Origin: a virus
Taxonomy: Duplodnaviria > Caudoviricetes
Virus record (IMG/VR): IMGVR_UViG_3300036546_000172
Location: 73,943-137,942 of that record
Length of the DNA: 64,000 nt
Direction: 5' to 3' (one strand)
The number at the start of each line of letters is the position of its first letter. Positions within the stretch are counted from its first letter, which is position 1. Under the pieces are notes generated by a model that was not told the origin of the DNA, made no database searches, and saw only the letters and a list, made by a program, of their open reading frames with translations. Below, piece by piece: positions 27,284 to 36,711 of this stretch. The position numbers and the translations under genes are program-made.

Positions 27284-27345
27284 TCCTTTCAATCGAGTTG
27301 TAGCGTGACTATAATGTACGCTACAACTCCGTAAAGAGGTTCTAT

Positions 27346-28131
27346 ATGAAAATAAGTCATGAAGCACCGTTATACATGTTTGATGAGATTGACGCTCATA
27401 CAGATTACAACTACGCGCTGGTTCATCTGTTTGAAGAGAGCGAACAATACTACGACAAATTTAAAGCCTTAGTAGATCGAGGACGTGAAGTCATTCTAGA
27501 CAACAGCATCTTCGAGAAGGGAGAGGCGTTTGAATCTGAACAATTTGCAACATGGGTTAATAAGCTCCAGTCTGAATGGTACATCATACCGGATAAACTC
27601 GAAAATGCCGAGATCACAGTATCTAATGTTCAAGATTGGAATCGTGATTATCGATCTGACCTGCCGGGGAAGACCATTGGTGTGGTTCAGGGTAAGACGT
27701 TTGAAGAGATCGTCTGGTGTTACAAGATGATTGAGCCGTTGGTAGACAAGGTAGCGATTTCATTTGACTACTCAATGTTCAACCAATGGTTTCCAAATGA
27801 ACCAACCAAGTATCACGCGTGGATGAAAGGTCGTGTTCGTCTGATCAACATGCTTGAGAGTCGTCGTATTATCAACACTGATAAACCTCATCATCTGCTT
27901 GGATGCGGTCTGCCTCAGGAATTCATGTACTATCGCAATAAGCCATGGATCGATAGCTTAGATACCAGCAATCCTGTGGTTCACGGTTTGATGAATATTC
28001 GATATGAAGCTCACGGACTGGATAACAAAGAGTCCATCAAGCTGTGTGATCTCATCGATGTGATTCCTACACCGGAGCAGTATCACACGGTCATGTCTAA
28101 TGTGGCATCTTTTCGGAGACTGTGTCAATGA
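27346..28131 (+). CDS. dpdA: TGT-like 7-deazaguanine insertion enzyme (DpdA, DpdA3-like)
   Basis: ILDNS, PD, GVVQG, HHLLGC and SLDTSNP TGT-fold motifs inside a que cluster. Confidence 0.8.
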   Translation: MKISHEAPLYMFDEIDAHTDYNYALVHLFEESEQYYDKFKALVDRGREVILDNSIFEKGEAFESEQFATWVNKLQSEWYIIPDKLENAEITVSNVQDWNRDYRSDLPGKTIGVVQGKTFEEIVWCYKMIEPLVDKVAISFDYSMFNQWFPNEPTKYHAWMKGRVRLINMLESRRIINTDKPHHLLGCGLPQEFMYYRNKPWIDSLDTSNPVVHGLMNIRYEAHGLDNKESIKLCDLIDVIPTPEQYHTVMSNVASFRRLCQ

Positions 28132-28634
28132 GGTGGATCGCTTTATTTTCACAGACGGGATCTGAGCTTGAAATGCTGTGTCAAGCTCTAGGACGTCGAC
28201 CAGATCAGGTATATACTAACATCTCCGATGTCTCCTCAATGAGATACAAGGGCCCGTACAAACAGCTGTCGCACTCTAAGATCGAAAAGAACCTGAGAGA
28301 GACGGTCTCTGAAGGGGACATGGTCACACTGCATGGCTACCTTCGTATTTTGTCACCGGATGTTTGTGATCTGCCATGTACTATTCTAAATGGACACCCG
28401 GCGCCTCTTCATTTGGCACCAGATTTGAAAGGCAAGGATCCGCAAGATCGCATCTTTGAAATGAAGCACCCATTGGGTACGGTTATTCACGAGGTAACCT
28501 CTGTAGTAGACGACGGTGAGGTCTTGTATTATAATGATGCGGTGAATGATTGCGATACGGTAGATGACGTCTACGCATCACAGAAGATTTTGTCATTTCG
28601 TCTGTGGTTGCAATGCTTACAGGAGAGGTTATGA
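28128..28634 (+). CDS. PurN-like formyltransferase (DpdN-like)
   Basis: ALFSQTGS, LHGYLRIL, ILNGHP, LKGKDP and GTVIHEV...VDDG match formyltransferase motifs. Confidence 0.8.
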   Translation: MRWIALFSQTGSELEMLCQALGRRPDQVYTNISDVSSMRYKGPYKQLSHSKIEKNLRETVSEGDMVTLHGYLRILSPDVCDLPCTILNGHPAPLHLAPDLKGKDPQDRIFEMKHPLGTVIHEVTSVVDDGEVLYYNDAVNDCDTVDDVYASQKILSFRLWLQCLQERL

Positions 28635-29152
28635 GAATAGGACTGCTGGGCGCTCAAGGTACGGGCAAGACCACGCTTCTTGAAGCCTTGTGTCAAGAGC
28701 CTGAGTTCAAGGGGTATACCAAGTGTGTTGAGGTGACGCGGTGGATACTTAAGCTCAACATGCCGATCAATGAAGGTGGCTCTGACATGGGTCAGCGCTT
28801 AATCATGATGAAGCTTATTGAGAATGCCGTGCTATATCCAGACATGATTACCGACCGCACTATCGTGGATTGTCTGGTCTATACTCAGTGGTTATATAAT
28901 CAAGGCAATGTGTCACAAGAGACGCTGGATCTGGTTAAACTGGCGTTTGATCGTGTCATTGGAATGTATGACCGTTTGTTCTATATTCCGGTAGAGTTCG
29001 ATATTGAGGATGATGGTGTGCGCTCATCCAGTAAACAATTTCAACAAGAGATTGAACAGCTGTTTGAGCACAACATCAAGGATATTAACGTCATCAGGTT
29101 GAGTGGTTCTGTTGAACAACGAATGAATCAAGTCAAAGAGGGTATTAAATGA
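28631..29152 (+). CDS. P-loop nucleotide monophosphate kinase-like protein
   Basis: GAQGTGKTT, DRT, EDDGVR. Confidence 0.75.
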   Translation: MRIGLLGAQGTGKTTLLEALCQEPEFKGYTKCVEVTRWILKLNMPINEGGSDMGQRLIMMKLIENAVLYPDMITDRTIVDCLVYTQWLYNQGNVSQETLDLVKLAFDRVIGMYDRLFYIPVEFDIEDDGVRSSSKQFQQEIEQLFEHNIKDINVIRLSGSVEQRMNQVKEGIK

Positions 29153-30063
29153 ATATTAATGAAATCGCGGGTAAGCATCTGGGTAAGGCTGGTGATGGCT
29201 CAGTAGTTAAACCCTATGTAACACCAGACAATATCGACGCTTCCTTGCTGGTGGGAGTGCCTCGTCACTTCAATCGAACAGATTATGATATCAAAGAAGA
29301 TGACCTCCCGTTCGTTGGTATGGATGTGTGGAATGGATATGAGTTTTCATGTCTACTGGACAATGGATATCCGGTGTCTGGTCTCATCCGATGGTCCTAT
29401 CCTTCTGACTCAAAGTGCATCGTTGAATCTAAGTCAGTGAAGCTGTATCTGAATAGCTTTAACATGGCTAAGATGGGATCCACTGTGGATGAAGCAATTG
29501 AGGCTGTAGAGAGTCAAGTCAAAGCCGATCTTGAGAAATGCGTTGAAGGTGAGGTAGAGGTCACGCTTCATACCGAAGAAGACGGGTTCCCTTGCACTCC
29601 AATGGATTACGGTTTCGATCGATTGGATGACTTGGTCGATGTAGAGTCCATGACCTTCACCACATACAACGAAACACCAGACACTCTGGATGTCTCTGAA
29701 GGTTCATGCTACATCGAAGTCTACACCAGCAACCTGAGATCCAACTGCCGTATCACCAATCAACCAGACTGGGGTGATATCTACATCTATGTCAAGTCTG
29801 ATACTCATTCTGTGACTTATGAATCTCTGCTTCAATACATCGTGTCTATGCGTAAGGAATCACACTTCCACGAAGAGATTTGTGAATGTGTATATAAGCG
29901 ACTGTATGATCTTCTAAAACCAGAAGAACTGATGGTAGCTTGTCTCTATACTCGTCGTGGTGGTATTGATATCAATCCTATTCGAGCCACACACCAGGAG
30001 CTCATTGACGAACATCCGATGACAGATGTTGAAACACAAGTCAACAAGACTATGAGGCAATAA
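29149..30063 (+). CDS. queF: NADPH-dependent preQ0 reductase (bimodular)
   Basis: IVESKSVKLYLNSF QueF motif, LRSNCRITNQPDWG, FHEE, YTRRGGIDINP. Confidence 0.95.
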   Translation: MNINEIAGKHLGKAGDGSVVKPYVTPDNIDASLLVGVPRHFNRTDYDIKEDDLPFVGMDVWNGYEFSCLLDNGYPVSGLIRWSYPSDSKCIVESKSVKLYLNSFNMAKMGSTVDEAIEAVESQVKADLEKCVEGEVEVTLHTEEDGFPCTPMDYGFDRLDDLVDVESMTFTTYNETPDTLDVSEGSCYIEVYTSNLRSNCRITNQPDWGDIYIYVKSDTHSVTYESLLQYIVSMRKESHFHEEICECVYKRLYDLLKPEELMVACLYTRRGGIDINPIRATHQELIDEHPMTDVETQVNKTMRQ

Positions 30064-30803
30064 TGGACATTAAACAGGCATTAGAACGTCTGCCCGATAC
30101 TGATCATAAAGTGATTGTGACACACAGCGGTGGACTAGACAGCTCCACCGCCGTATGTCTTGCTGTGAAGAAGTACGGTGCAGATAATGTAATCTCTGTA
30201 GGATACAACTACGGACAGAAGCAGCAGATTGAGCTTCAACGAGCGTCAGAGCTGTGTGATCTATTAGGCGTGCGACGTGAGATCATCGATCTGAATGTGC
30301 TGGGTGATATTGTCAGATCAGTGAGCGCTAACATCAGCGGATCTGATATCGAGATGCCCACGATCAAGGACGTGCTTGGTAATCCTCAACCTCCCACGTA
30401 CGTTCCGTGGCGGAATGGTGTCATGTTCATGTTGACAGCTGCTTTCGCTGAAGCTAATCAAGCCTCTCATGTGATCTGTGGTCTTCAGGTTCATGATCAG
30501 TATGGGTATTTTGATACTACCCAGGCATTTGTAGATGGCATCAACCATCTGTGGTCTCAGAATCGTATGTGGCCATTAACACTGGTAGCTCCGTTCTCTG
30601 ATCTATCTAAGACTCAGGAGCTTGAATTGATTGCCGATATGGGTCAGATGGATCTCATGAAGCATACTCTGACATGCTACAATCCAGATGACAGTGGACG
30701 CTCATGTGGTCAATGCCCATCGTGTGCCGAACGCATTAAGGCTTTCATGGACATTAAAACTCCTGATCCTGTTGAATACAGTCTAACTATCCCCTGGAGG
30801 TAA
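30063..30803 (+). CDS. queC: 7-cyano-7-deazaguanine synthase
   Basis: SGGLDS, YGQ, TYVPWRN and TCY...CGQCPSC motifs. Confidence 0.95.
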   Translation: MDIKQALERLPDTDHKVIVTHSGGLDSSTAVCLAVKKYGADNVISVGYNYGQKQQIELQRASELCDLLGVRREIIDLNVLGDIVRSVSANISGSDIEMPTIKDVLGNPQPPTYVPWRNGVMFMLTAAFAEANQASHVICGLQVHDQYGYFDTTQAFVDGINHLWSQNRMWPLTLVAPFSDLSKTQELELIADMGQMDLMKHTLTCYNPDDSGRSCGQCPSCAERIKAFMDIKTPDPVEYSLTIPWR

Positions 30804-30804
30804 T

Positions 30805-31422
30805 ATGTGTGGTTTGTTTGGTTCAAATGATGTGAGTGAGTTCAAGCAGTTGTTTCATCTTAACACCGTGCGGGGATCTCATAGTCATTCAGTGTCTGTG
30901 TTAGATGGCCTGGATGTTGAAGTTCGAGCCAAACAAATTGGCACTAATCTCGCTGAATATGACTCAGATGAAGATGTGTTGTTATGGATGGGTCATATTC
31001 AAGCTCCCACAACATCTGATCGTGATGTAAATTCTATTCACCCGTCAGAAATCAACGGATCGTATCTGTGGCATAACGGCATTATTCATTCACAGACTGT
31101 GACTCGATGGCAAGAGGAATTAGAGACTGAAGTGTCATGGGACACCAGACTCATGCATCAAATGCTGCTCAATAAGAGTTTTGATGTACTGAATGACATT
31201 GAAGGTTCATTTGCATGCATATTCTTTCTACGCGGTGATCTCTACATGTTCCGCAATGATAATTCACCGCTCTATGTCAAAGATTCATCATACTCGTCAG
31301 TGATGTTTGATGGTGCATGCGCGATTGAGCCTAACATTGTATATATACTAGCTGACGGTACCTGGACTAAAACATCGTACAAATTCGTTAACAAAGATCA
31401 GTTCTTCTGGTCACCATTTTAA
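30805..31422 (+). CDS. class II glutamine amidotransferase domain protein
   Basis: N-terminal MCGLFG, RG, HP, WHNG and EGSFA motifs. Confidence 0.85.
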   Translation: MCGLFGSNDVSEFKQLFHLNTVRGSHSHSVSVLDGLDVEVRAKQIGTNLAEYDSDEDVLLWMGHIQAPTTSDRDVNSIHPSEINGSYLWHNGIIHSQTVTRWQEELETEVSWDTRLMHQMLLNKSFDVLNDIEGSFACIFFLRGDLYMFRNDNSPLYVKDSSYSSVMFDGACAIEPNIVYILADGTWTKTSYKFVNKDQFFWSPF

Positions 31423-31432
31423 AGGAATCATT

Positions 31433-31948
31433 ATGTCTGTAGTCGTAGTTAATACACCAGAAAGCAATACTCACATCACCAACATCGACGACGATTGTGT
31501 ACAGCAGGCAGCTGTCGATCTTCGATTAGAAAGAATGTGGGGTATGAACGGACCGTTCACCATTGATGAAGAGCAGAAGCAGCATCGCAACAAGTACGAG
31601 CTGTCTGTTGATGATGAGGGGTATTATAATCTTGAGCCTGGAGTGTATGAGTGCTCATTTGATCATGATATTAAGATGGGCGATGACGAGGTAGCGCTTA
31701 TCGTTACGCGCAGTACTTTGATTCGTAACGGGATATTCATCGCATCTGGGCTTTGGGACCCGTCCTTCAGGGGGAAGGGAGGGTGTTGTTTACATGTTCA
31801 TGGAGGTCCTGCTAAGATCAAGCCCAACACTCGTATCGGTCAATACCTGGTGTGGAAGGTAGCTAATGCCCAGGGTCAATACGATGGTGATTACGGATTA
31901 GATCGGAACGGACAAGCTAAAGAAATGGAAAAACGTTACTATTCATAA
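31433..31948 (+). CDS. dUTPase/dCTP-deaminase family protein
   Basis: AVDLR, RSTLIRNG, WDPSFRG and RIGQ motifs. Confidence 0.8.
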   Translation: MSVVVVNTPESNTHITNIDDDCVQQAAVDLRLERMWGMNGPFTIDEEQKQHRNKYELSVDDEGYYNLEPGVYECSFDHDIKMGDDEVALIVTRSTLIRNGIFIASGLWDPSFRGKGGCCLHVHGGPAKIKPNTRIGQYLVWKVANAQGQYDGDYGLDRNGQAKEMEKRYYS

Positions 31949-31957
31949 GGTTACATC

Positions 31958-34900
31958 ATGTTCTATCTTTTCTATAAGCAGTGGGGGAATAGCATTCTAT
32001 TCTCCTACGTGGATGATCAAGGCGAGACCAAACACACCAAGGTGACGGATTACAAACCGTCACTCTTCACCAAAACAGAAGAAGATGGGGATGCTGTCTC
32101 CATCTTCGGCTATCCGTTGAAGCAGATCGAATTTGAAAACATCAAAGCTGCTAAGAACTTCTATGAGCAGTATAAAGATGTAGATGGAATGACCATTGAA
32201 GGCAACTACAAGTTTGCTAACCAGTTCACTATCGAGTTGTGTGAAGGTAAGACTCCAGATTACGATCCTCAGAAGATACGAGGCTGTATTCTCGATATCG
32301 AGGTCTCTGCTCCGGAGTTCCCCAAGCCTGAGCAGGCTTTGTATCCCATCGATGCTGTTACATTCTATGACACGATAGCCAACAAGTTCACAGCATTTGG
32401 TCTCGGTGAGTATCATCGATCGAAGGATAACACCAAGGTTAATGAGCTTAACCTAGATGTAGACTATACTCAATGCTCATCAGAGAACGAGTTATTATTG
32501 AGCATTGTCAATTTTATATCCAATGGCAGCTTTCACTTCACATCAGGCTGGAACAGTGAATCGTTTGATATGCCGTACATTGTCAATCGAATCACAAACA
32601 TGATGGGAGAGAAAGTAGCTAAGAGACTATCTCCATACGGAATGATCAACTGGACTACAGTTCAATCAGATTACTTCTCGTTCCAGAAAGTGGATATTGT
32701 GGGACTGCCTCATTTGGACTACATGAACCTGTACAAGAAACACACGTTCGTTCCACGCGAGTCCTATTCATTGAATTTTATCGCTGGTGCCGAGCTTGGT
32801 GATGAGAAATTGTCATATGAAGAAGAGGGATCGCTGGCTAACCTATCTAAAGTCAATTTCCAGAAGTACATCTCGTACAACATCATTGACGTAGATATTA
32901 TTCGTCGATTGGATGAAGAACTGGGTCTGTTTGATATTACACAGACTCTGGCTTACCTAACAATATCCAACTATGAAGATACACTAGGTACAGTTCGGCT
33001 GTGGGAACAACTGATCGCCAAGGAGTTGTATGCCAGACAGATTGTACCTCTGTGCTCACCTGTTAGTAATACTTATCGTCCATACCCCGGTGGTTATGTC
33101 TCTGAGCCTCAGGTGGGCAGACACGAGTGGGTATCATCGTTCGATCTTAACAGCCTGTATCCAATGCTTGAGGTACAGATCAATATCAGTCCAGAGACAT
33201 TCATACCGAGACATGACCTTCCGTCTGAATTGGCTGAGTTGCAAGATCAGTTGAGGATACGTGATATTGATTGTTATTATCAGCAGGTTATGAACTTGGT
33301 TGATAAAGAAGTAGACTTATCTGTATTAAAAAAACACAACGTCTCTATGTCTGCTGCTGGTCAATTCTATCGAAGAGATATCAAGGGCATCATCCCTACT
33401 ATCAAGGATGAGATTTACAGCAGTCGAAAGCAATTTAAAAAGAAGATGCTGCAGGCTCAAGCTAAACTTGACCAGCTGAAGGGAATGGAAGACACGGACG
33501 AATACCACTACTGGAAGCGTGAAGAGGCTAAAAATAACAACATACAGATGGCATTTAAGATCCTGATCAACTCAGGATATGGAGCTCTTGCGAACAAGCA
33601 CTTCACCTACTTTCGAATTGAGAATGCCGAATCGATTACATCTACTGGTCAATTGGTTAATAGGTGGACGTCTGAGCGAGTCAATAAACTCTTGAATGAA
33701 CTCGCTACAAATAAAAATTATAAAAACTACGTCATTAATAATGATACAGACTCTGTAGCTGGAGATAGTGTCATCTATGTTAATGGAGACCCTATCACAA
33801 TAGAGGAATACTTTAACACTCAACGTGATTTTATAGTGTATGATACATTTAATGAACATTACGTCGCATCGGTTAGCGGTGACACTTCCTATGGAAGTGA
33901 CGATGCATTCTCACTCGTGAAACGACCTGTCAAGTATGTGATGAAACACAAGACACAGAAACGAATGTACCGTGTTACTGTGAATGGCAAAAGCGTAACT
34001 GTAACAGCAGATCATGGTCTGATGGTTAATCGTGGAGGAGAATTAGTTAAGGTCAGACCAGGTGATGTTCGTGTCTCTGATAAGCTTATATCGTTAACTT
34101 GTGAGTCTGATACGGAAATAGGAAGCATAACACAGCATGACGATTATCAAATTGAAGATTTGGGTATAGTTGAAGACTATGTGTATGATATTGAAGTTGA
34201 AGATGTGCACAACTTCATAGCTAACGATATATTGGTTCACAATAGTGCGTATTTTGAACTCTCAGATATCGCTTCAATCCTGTGCCCCGATGAGGAAGAC
34301 CCATACGCAGTTACAGACAAACTGGATGAGTTCTTGAAGCAAGTCATCTCACCGTCTATTCAGAGTCAAACTGAAGAGCTGTGTGATTATCTCAACAATT
34401 ACGAGAATAAGATGGTATGGGAGCGTGAGGTTATCTCTACATCATCTATCAACGTAGCTAAGAAACGCTATGCCATGCTCGTGACTGACTCTGAAGGTGT
34501 TCGATTCACCACACCTAAGCTTAAGATCATTGGACTGGATTCTAAACGATCGTCGACTCCTGCCTGGGCTAAGAAAGGTCTGGAAATTTGCTATCGATTG
34601 GCACTAGAGGACAAGAAGGATGAGATGCACCAGTTCATTGAGACCTTCGAGAAGGAATTCTACACACTGCCGATATCTGATATTGCTATTCCGCGTTCAG
34701 TATCTTCTATTGAGAAGTACATGGATGGTCATGGTGGTTATATCAAAGGCACACAAAAACACGTCAAAGCAGCTATTCTGCATAACACCATTGTAGAGCA
34801 GAAGGAGCTGAAGCACATTGACAAATTGAAATCAGGCAACAAGTTCAAGTTCATTGAACTCAAGAAGCCGAATCCGTATAATGGTGATGTTATAGGGTTT

Positions 34901-35047
34901 TTGTCTTATCTGCCTAAAGAGTTTGAAATCGAGAAATACGTGGATAAGCAAGTAACCTTTGAATCTGGTTTCCTAAAGCCTTTGTCCAACTTTCTAACTG
35001 CTATCAACTGGTCAACCGAAGAGAAGATTGACCTGTTTGATTTCTGA
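31958..35047 (+). CDS. 43: B-family DNA polymerase (T4 gp43) with intein
   Basis: DIE exonuclease motif, GWN, DLNSLYP, KILINSGYG, DTD/S and KKRYA motifs. Confidence 0.97.
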   Translation: MFYLFYKQWGNSILFSYVDDQGETKHTKVTDYKPSLFTKTEEDGDAVSIFGYPLKQIEFENIKAAKNFYEQYKDVDGMTIEGNYKFANQFTIELCEGKTPDYDPQKIRGCILDIEVSAPEFPKPEQALYPIDAVTFYDTIANKFTAFGLGEYHRSKDNTKVNELNLDVDYTQCSSENELLLSIVNFISNGSFHFTSGWNSESFDMPYIVNRITNMMGEKVAKRLSPYGMINWTTVQSDYFSFQKVDIVGLPHLDYMNLYKKHTFVPRESYSLNFIAGAELGDEKLSYEEEGSLANLSKVNFQKYISYNIIDVDIIRRLDEELGLFDITQTLAYLTISNYEDTLGTVRLWEQLIAKELYARQIVPLCSPVSNTYRPYPGGYVSEPQVGRHEWVSSFDLNSLYPMLEVQINISPETFIPRHDLPSELAELQDQLRIRDIDCYYQQVMNLVDKEVDLSVLKKHNVSMSAAGQFYRRDIKGIIPTIKDEIYSSRKQFKKKMLQAQAKLDQLKGMEDTDEYHYWKREEAKNNNIQMAFKILINSGYGALANKHFTYFRIENAESITSTGQLVNRWTSERVNKLLNELATNKNYKNYVINNDTDSVAGDSVIYVNGDPITIEEYFNTQRDFIVYDTFNEHYVASVSGDTSYGSDDAFSLVKRPVKYVMKHKTQKRMYRVTVNGKSVTVTADHGLMVNRGGELVKVRPGDVRVSDKLISLTCESDTEIGSITQHDDYQIEDLGIVEDYVYDIEVEDVHNFIANDILVHNSAYFELSDIASILCPDEEDPYAVTDKLDEFLKQVISPSIQSQTEELCDYLNNYENKMVWEREVISTSSINVAKKRYAMLVTDSEGVRFTTPKLKIIGLDSKRSSTPAWAKKGLEICYRLALEDKKDEMHQFIETFEKEFYTLPISDIAIPRSVSSIEKYMDGHGGYIKGTQKHVKAAILHNTIVEQKELKHIDKLKSGNKFKFIELKKPNPYNGDVIGFLSYLPKEFEIEKYVDKQVTFESGFLKPLSNFLTAINWSTEEKIDLFDF
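33752..34243 (+). mobile_element. contiguous mini-intein (164 aa) in polymerase motif C
   Basis: DTD|SVAGDS...VTADH...VYDIEV...VHN|S; no endonuclease domain. Confidence 0.92.
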
Positions 35048-35053
35048 GGTACT

Positions 35054-35590
35054 ATGAGAGGTACTATGATCAAATTGACACTGAACCCGAACACAGGCAA
35101 AGAGGATCAAGTAGAAGGTCTTATTGGGTTGTGTTGTACTCGTGCTGATATTCAATTCACATTAAACAAGTCCAAGATACAATCCACCGAAGAGATTGAA
35201 TATGAGCTCTTGACTTCGAGTGTGAATGATGCTAAAATGTTTGTCTATGAGTGGTTCTATGCACTCTCACTCCCCGATCACGAATTCACAGACGTTGTAA
35301 AGAGCGAGGTGCAGTTGGAGTCTGAACAAATCCAGGTCACCAACTGCATCAACACCAACATGCAACGATCGCTGAACTACGACATTGATCTATTGGATAT
35401 GGTGGTCAGTGACGTAGCCTTTGATCAAGAATCAGTCAAAGAGCGATTGACTGCTATTGAGCAATACATTCAAAAGAGCGGCATCATCTACTATCAGCAG
35501 TTCATGAAAGAATTGGTTGAAGTGTTAGATGCTCGGGAGATTCTCGATAAAGAGTCTGTTATTGCTAAAATGTTTAACACTATTCACTAA
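35054..35590 (+). CDS. hypothetical protein
   Basis: GAGG RBS; lies between gp43 and uvsX. Confidence 0.7.
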   Translation: MRGTMIKLTLNPNTGKEDQVEGLIGLCCTRADIQFTLNKSKIQSTEEIEYELLTSSVNDAKMFVYEWFYALSLPDHEFTDVVKSEVQLESEQIQVTNCINTNMQRSLNYDIDLLDMVVSDVAFDQESVKERLTAIEQYIQKSGIIYYQQFMKELVEVLDAREILDKESVIAKMFNTIH

Positions 35591-35601
35591 GAGGTATTAC
35601 T

Positions 35602-36534
35602 ATGGGACTGGCTGATCAATTTGTTAAGAGCTCAAAACTCAAAAGAGCTGGAAAACTATCAACTATCGTAGAGGAGCCCGAGACACGTTACGACACCGGT
35701 GTATATGCATTGAATCTAGCCTACTCTGGAGATCTACTAGGAGGCACAAGTACTGGCGTGTCTCTGCTAGCCGGTAAGTCACGAAGCTTTAAAACTCTGT
35801 TTGGTTTGATCAGTTGTAAATCATACCTAGACGCTCATGATGATTCGTACATGATTTTCTATGACTCCGAGGGCGGCGCGTCTGAGGAATACTTTGAGTC
35901 TGTTGGTATTGATACTGGTCGTGTACTGTACTTCTCTATCATGAACGTTGAGGAGCTTAAACTCGACATAGTGACCAAACTTGAAGCTATTAAGAAAGAG
36001 TATGAAGAGACGGGTGAGTATCCTAAGTTCATATTCTTCATTGATTCGATTGGTAATCTAGCTTCACTCAAGGAAGTAGAGGACGCTATCAACCAGAAGA
36101 CTGTAGCGGATATGTCACGTGCCAAGGCACTTAAGAGCTTCTTTCGTATTGTAACTCCGTATATCAAGAACTACGAGCTTCAGCTGATTGCTATTATGCA
36201 CACATACGATGAGATTGGCGGTATGGGAGCTCCGAAGCAGATCATGAGCGGTGGTTGTTTGCTGCCTGGTACTCAGATCTTGACAAGCGAAGGTCTGAAG
36301 AACATAGAATGCATCAATGTAGATGACATGGTCGTGTCAGGAGATGGTGGGCTTACTCGTGTTGTTAATGCTTGGACTCCCGAAACACTTGAAAACGGAG
36401 TGCCCGAGTGTCTAGAAATCACTTTTGAAGACGGTCATGTTGTTCGGTGTAGTGAGAGCCATAAGTTCAGAGTTAACGGAGAATGGATCGAAGCTAAAGA
36501 CCTAACAGCAGGTGTAGTTACCGATGATGTTTAA
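35602..36534 (+). CDS. uvsX: UvsX recombinase N-terminal fragment plus N-intein (IntN 36256-36531)
   Basis: GKSRSFKT, YDSE, DSIGNLAS and DMSRAK, then CLLPGT...CSESHKF intein blocks A/B. Confidence 0.92.
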   Translation: MGLADQFVKSSKLKRAGKLSTIVEEPETRYDTGVYALNLAYSGDLLGGTSTGVSLLAGKSRSFKTLFGLISCKSYLDAHDDSYMIFYDSEGGASEEYFESVGIDTGRVLYFSIMNVEELKLDIVTKLEAIKKEYEETGEYPKFIFFIDSIGNLASLKEVEDAINQKTVADMSRAKALKSFFRIVTPYIKNYELQLIAIMHTYDEIGGMGAPKQIMSGGCLLPGTQILTSEGLKNIECINVDDMVVSGDGGLTRVVNAWTPETLENGVPECLEITFEDGHVVRCSESHKFRVNGEWIEAKDLTAGVVTDDV

Positions 36535-36544
36535 GTGAGCTTAA

Positions 36545-36711
36545 CGCTAAAATACCTCCCTTTGTGTGAAGGTATTTTAGCGATGCATATTGTATACATG
36601 GTATTGATAAAGAGTTTGACATTACGTTCAAACAGCGATATCATAGTAGAGACACTTGCAGTACGCATTGTCATAATATGTATTCAACATCAAACATGGT
36701 AAAAACGAGGT
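36545..36711 (+). pseudogene. internally deleted homing-endonuclease remnant
   Basis: RBS-sequestering 13-bp hairpin, MHIVYM start at 36583, and KEF...TCSTHC Zn-finger-like tail in another frame. Confidence 0.5.

Noticed and set aside
26618-30803. que genes as auxiliary metabolic genes for host tRNA queuosine
   Set aside because: A DpdA-like gene, formyltransferase, kinase and the adjacent polymerase, with no queA or queG in the window, point to DNA modification.
33737-33754. NNDTDS instead of YGDTDS as an adaptation of gp43 to modified dGTP
   Set aside because: The residues before DTDS already vary among T4-like polymerases; no support from sequence alone.
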